A stretch of DNA of 64,000 bases from an uncultured delta proteobacterium (GTDB lineage: Bacteria > Myxococcota_A > Polyangia > Fen-1088): assembly GCA_963737265.1 (NCBI GenBank), contig CAVTRY010000022.1, forward strand, positions 96,001-160,000. The letters are read 5' to 3'. A program made the translations under genes and the position numbers. The stretch's first letter is position 1; each line of letters opens with the position of its first letter. This document shows positions 62,349 to 64,000 of this stretch, piece after piece. The notes under the pieces were generated by a model. It saw nothing but the letters and a program-made list of their open reading frames with translations, was not told the DNA's origin and made no database searches.

Positions 62349-64000
62349 ATGCACGGCAGTGACGACTACCTTGCCGGCTTGGCGCAGATCCATTCGCGCG
62401 AGAGCCTGGACGATCGCCGATCGCTGTGGCGCCAGGGCTTGGCCAGCCTGGCGGCGGCCGCGGCGGATCAGCAGCCCACGCCGCTCGAAGGCTTGGCCAC
62501 CGATCAACTTTTGGCCAGTGTGCGCTGCGCGCTTTCCACGGGTCTGGCCGAGGATCTGTCCTTTCTCTCCCGGCCCGTGGCGGCCGCGGCCATGTTCGAA
62601 TTGGCCGGCGCCTTGCCACCAAGCCCCGAAAAGCGCGAGCTCGGCCGCCGCGTGCTAGTCGAGCTGCACGAAGGCGACGCGGCGACCTTCGTGACCTTGG
62701 CCACGGCGTTGGCGCTTTCGTCGCCGCGCGCGCTGGGCGGAGCGCCGGTTCGTGCGCGCGTGGCCCTTTCGCTGCGTCTACCGCTCGCCACCGGGGCTCA
62801 TGTGGATGGCTTGGCGCTGGCGCTGGTCTCGCGCCCCGAGCTCGAACGCGGATGGCTTTCCGCGCATTCGATGGGCGCCTTGCCGGCGCGGCGTCTAGCG
62901 GCTCGGCTGCTCGAACGGGCGGCGCGCGAGGCGGCGCGACGGGCCAAGGAAGGCGACGACAGCGGCGTGCGCGTGTTCGAACGTCCGTCGGTGCGCACGG
63001 CATGGACGCGACTTATCAGCGACCGCGAGTCGCTGGTGTGGCGGCACGTGGCGGTCGCGCGCGGCTTGCTTGCGGTGGCGGCCCCCATGCGCGCGGCGGA
63101 AATCGAAAGGGATTTGGCGCCACGGTTTGGTCCGAGCGAATGGCGTCGCTCGGCCACGTCGCTGGCCGCCACCGTCGCCCACGACCCCACCAACGCTTTG
63201 CCCGCCTGTCTGAAACTGCTGCAAAGCGATCTTCAAACGCGCGACAACGGGATCGCGTCGGCCATGATTTTCGGCCTGTCCCGCGTGGTTGAGCAGGAGC
63301 CCGAGGCCGCCGACGAGCTTTTGGCCAGGCTGGTTCCTTGCGGCGGCATCGAGGCCATCGAGGCGCTGGCCGACCTGCGCGAAGAACACTTCGGCCATCC
63401 CATCGGCGCGCAGGCGGCGTTCATGGCCATCGATCGCTTGCGCGCCAAGGAATCATCGTCGGACGACGGCACCGTGGCTCTTATCGAAGCCCTCATCGAC
63501 GATCTCGACATGGGCGCCGAGCGGCCGCGCAGCTCGTTGCGGTTGCATCTCAGCGACGCCTTGCAGGCCTTTGCCGAGGGGCGCGAGCTCGGCAGCGCGA
63601 CCGATGCCGCGCTCGAACGTGGCGAGTACGGCGATGGACATCCTTGAGAGCACTGGCGATGAGGGCGCGAAGGAACGTCAAATCACCTTCCGAGCCCTGC
63701 GCGAGCTGGACGCCGGGCTGCTCGTGACCTCGGTTCTCTCCGACCTATTGACCGTGCGCAGCCGAAGCGAGCGCGGACCGAGCCCGTTGACTGGTATCTT
63801 GTGGCGTCTCGGCAGTTGGCTGCTCGTGCGCGAGCACCAACCCGTCACCAGCGAAGAGATCCCGCACCTCACCCTGCGCTTTCGCCAGCTACGCACCTTG
63901 CTGCACCTGGTGGATTCGGACATCGCCGACACTGAAGAACCCACCACGGAGTCGCGCGGCCGGCGCCTGCACATGTTCAAGTTGCTCGCCCAGCGCGCGC
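62349..64000 (+). CDS. Large helical hypothetical protein (partial; frameshift near 63618)
   Basis: 432-aa ORF whose coding-like frame continues after a one-base shift (VASTAMDILE...FRALRELDAGLL) to the window end. Confidence 0.6.

Overview
High-GC bacterial window that looks like Myxococcota/Polyangia, based on Ser/Thr kinases with PEGA/TPR partners, FHA-DUF4388, a zinc-ribbon/TPR protein and a Cys-rich Pal. Most of it is housekeeping and envelope genes: pal-cpoB, lysA, adk, glgP, ilvD, ahcY, thiD, pta-ackA-ndk, malQ, crtE-crtB. Four features stand out. (1) A 579-bp element occurs twice (3530-4108 on +, 46591-47169 on -). It has 23-bp terminal inverted repeats, a different 9-bp target-site duplication at each site, no transposase, and only a GxxExxY nuclease-family ORF bracketed by its own inner inverted repeats. 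(2) A splicease-like radical SAM/SPASM-TPR enzyme lies directly downstream of a lipoprotein-like precursor with five Y-M-A repeats, behind a sigma-54-type promoter. (3) An atypical four-gene phosphorelay/sigma-54 activator cluster is flanked by two predicted targets (a VIT-VWA plus propeller operon, and a DUF2914 gene) that share a -24/-12 promoter and a 30-bp upstream motif. (4) A decayed toxin-antitoxin/nucleotidyltransferase patch carries a relic of a second ahcY allele. Three genes have single-base frameshifts that may be assembly errors. All calls are by eye from motifs; no database searches were run.
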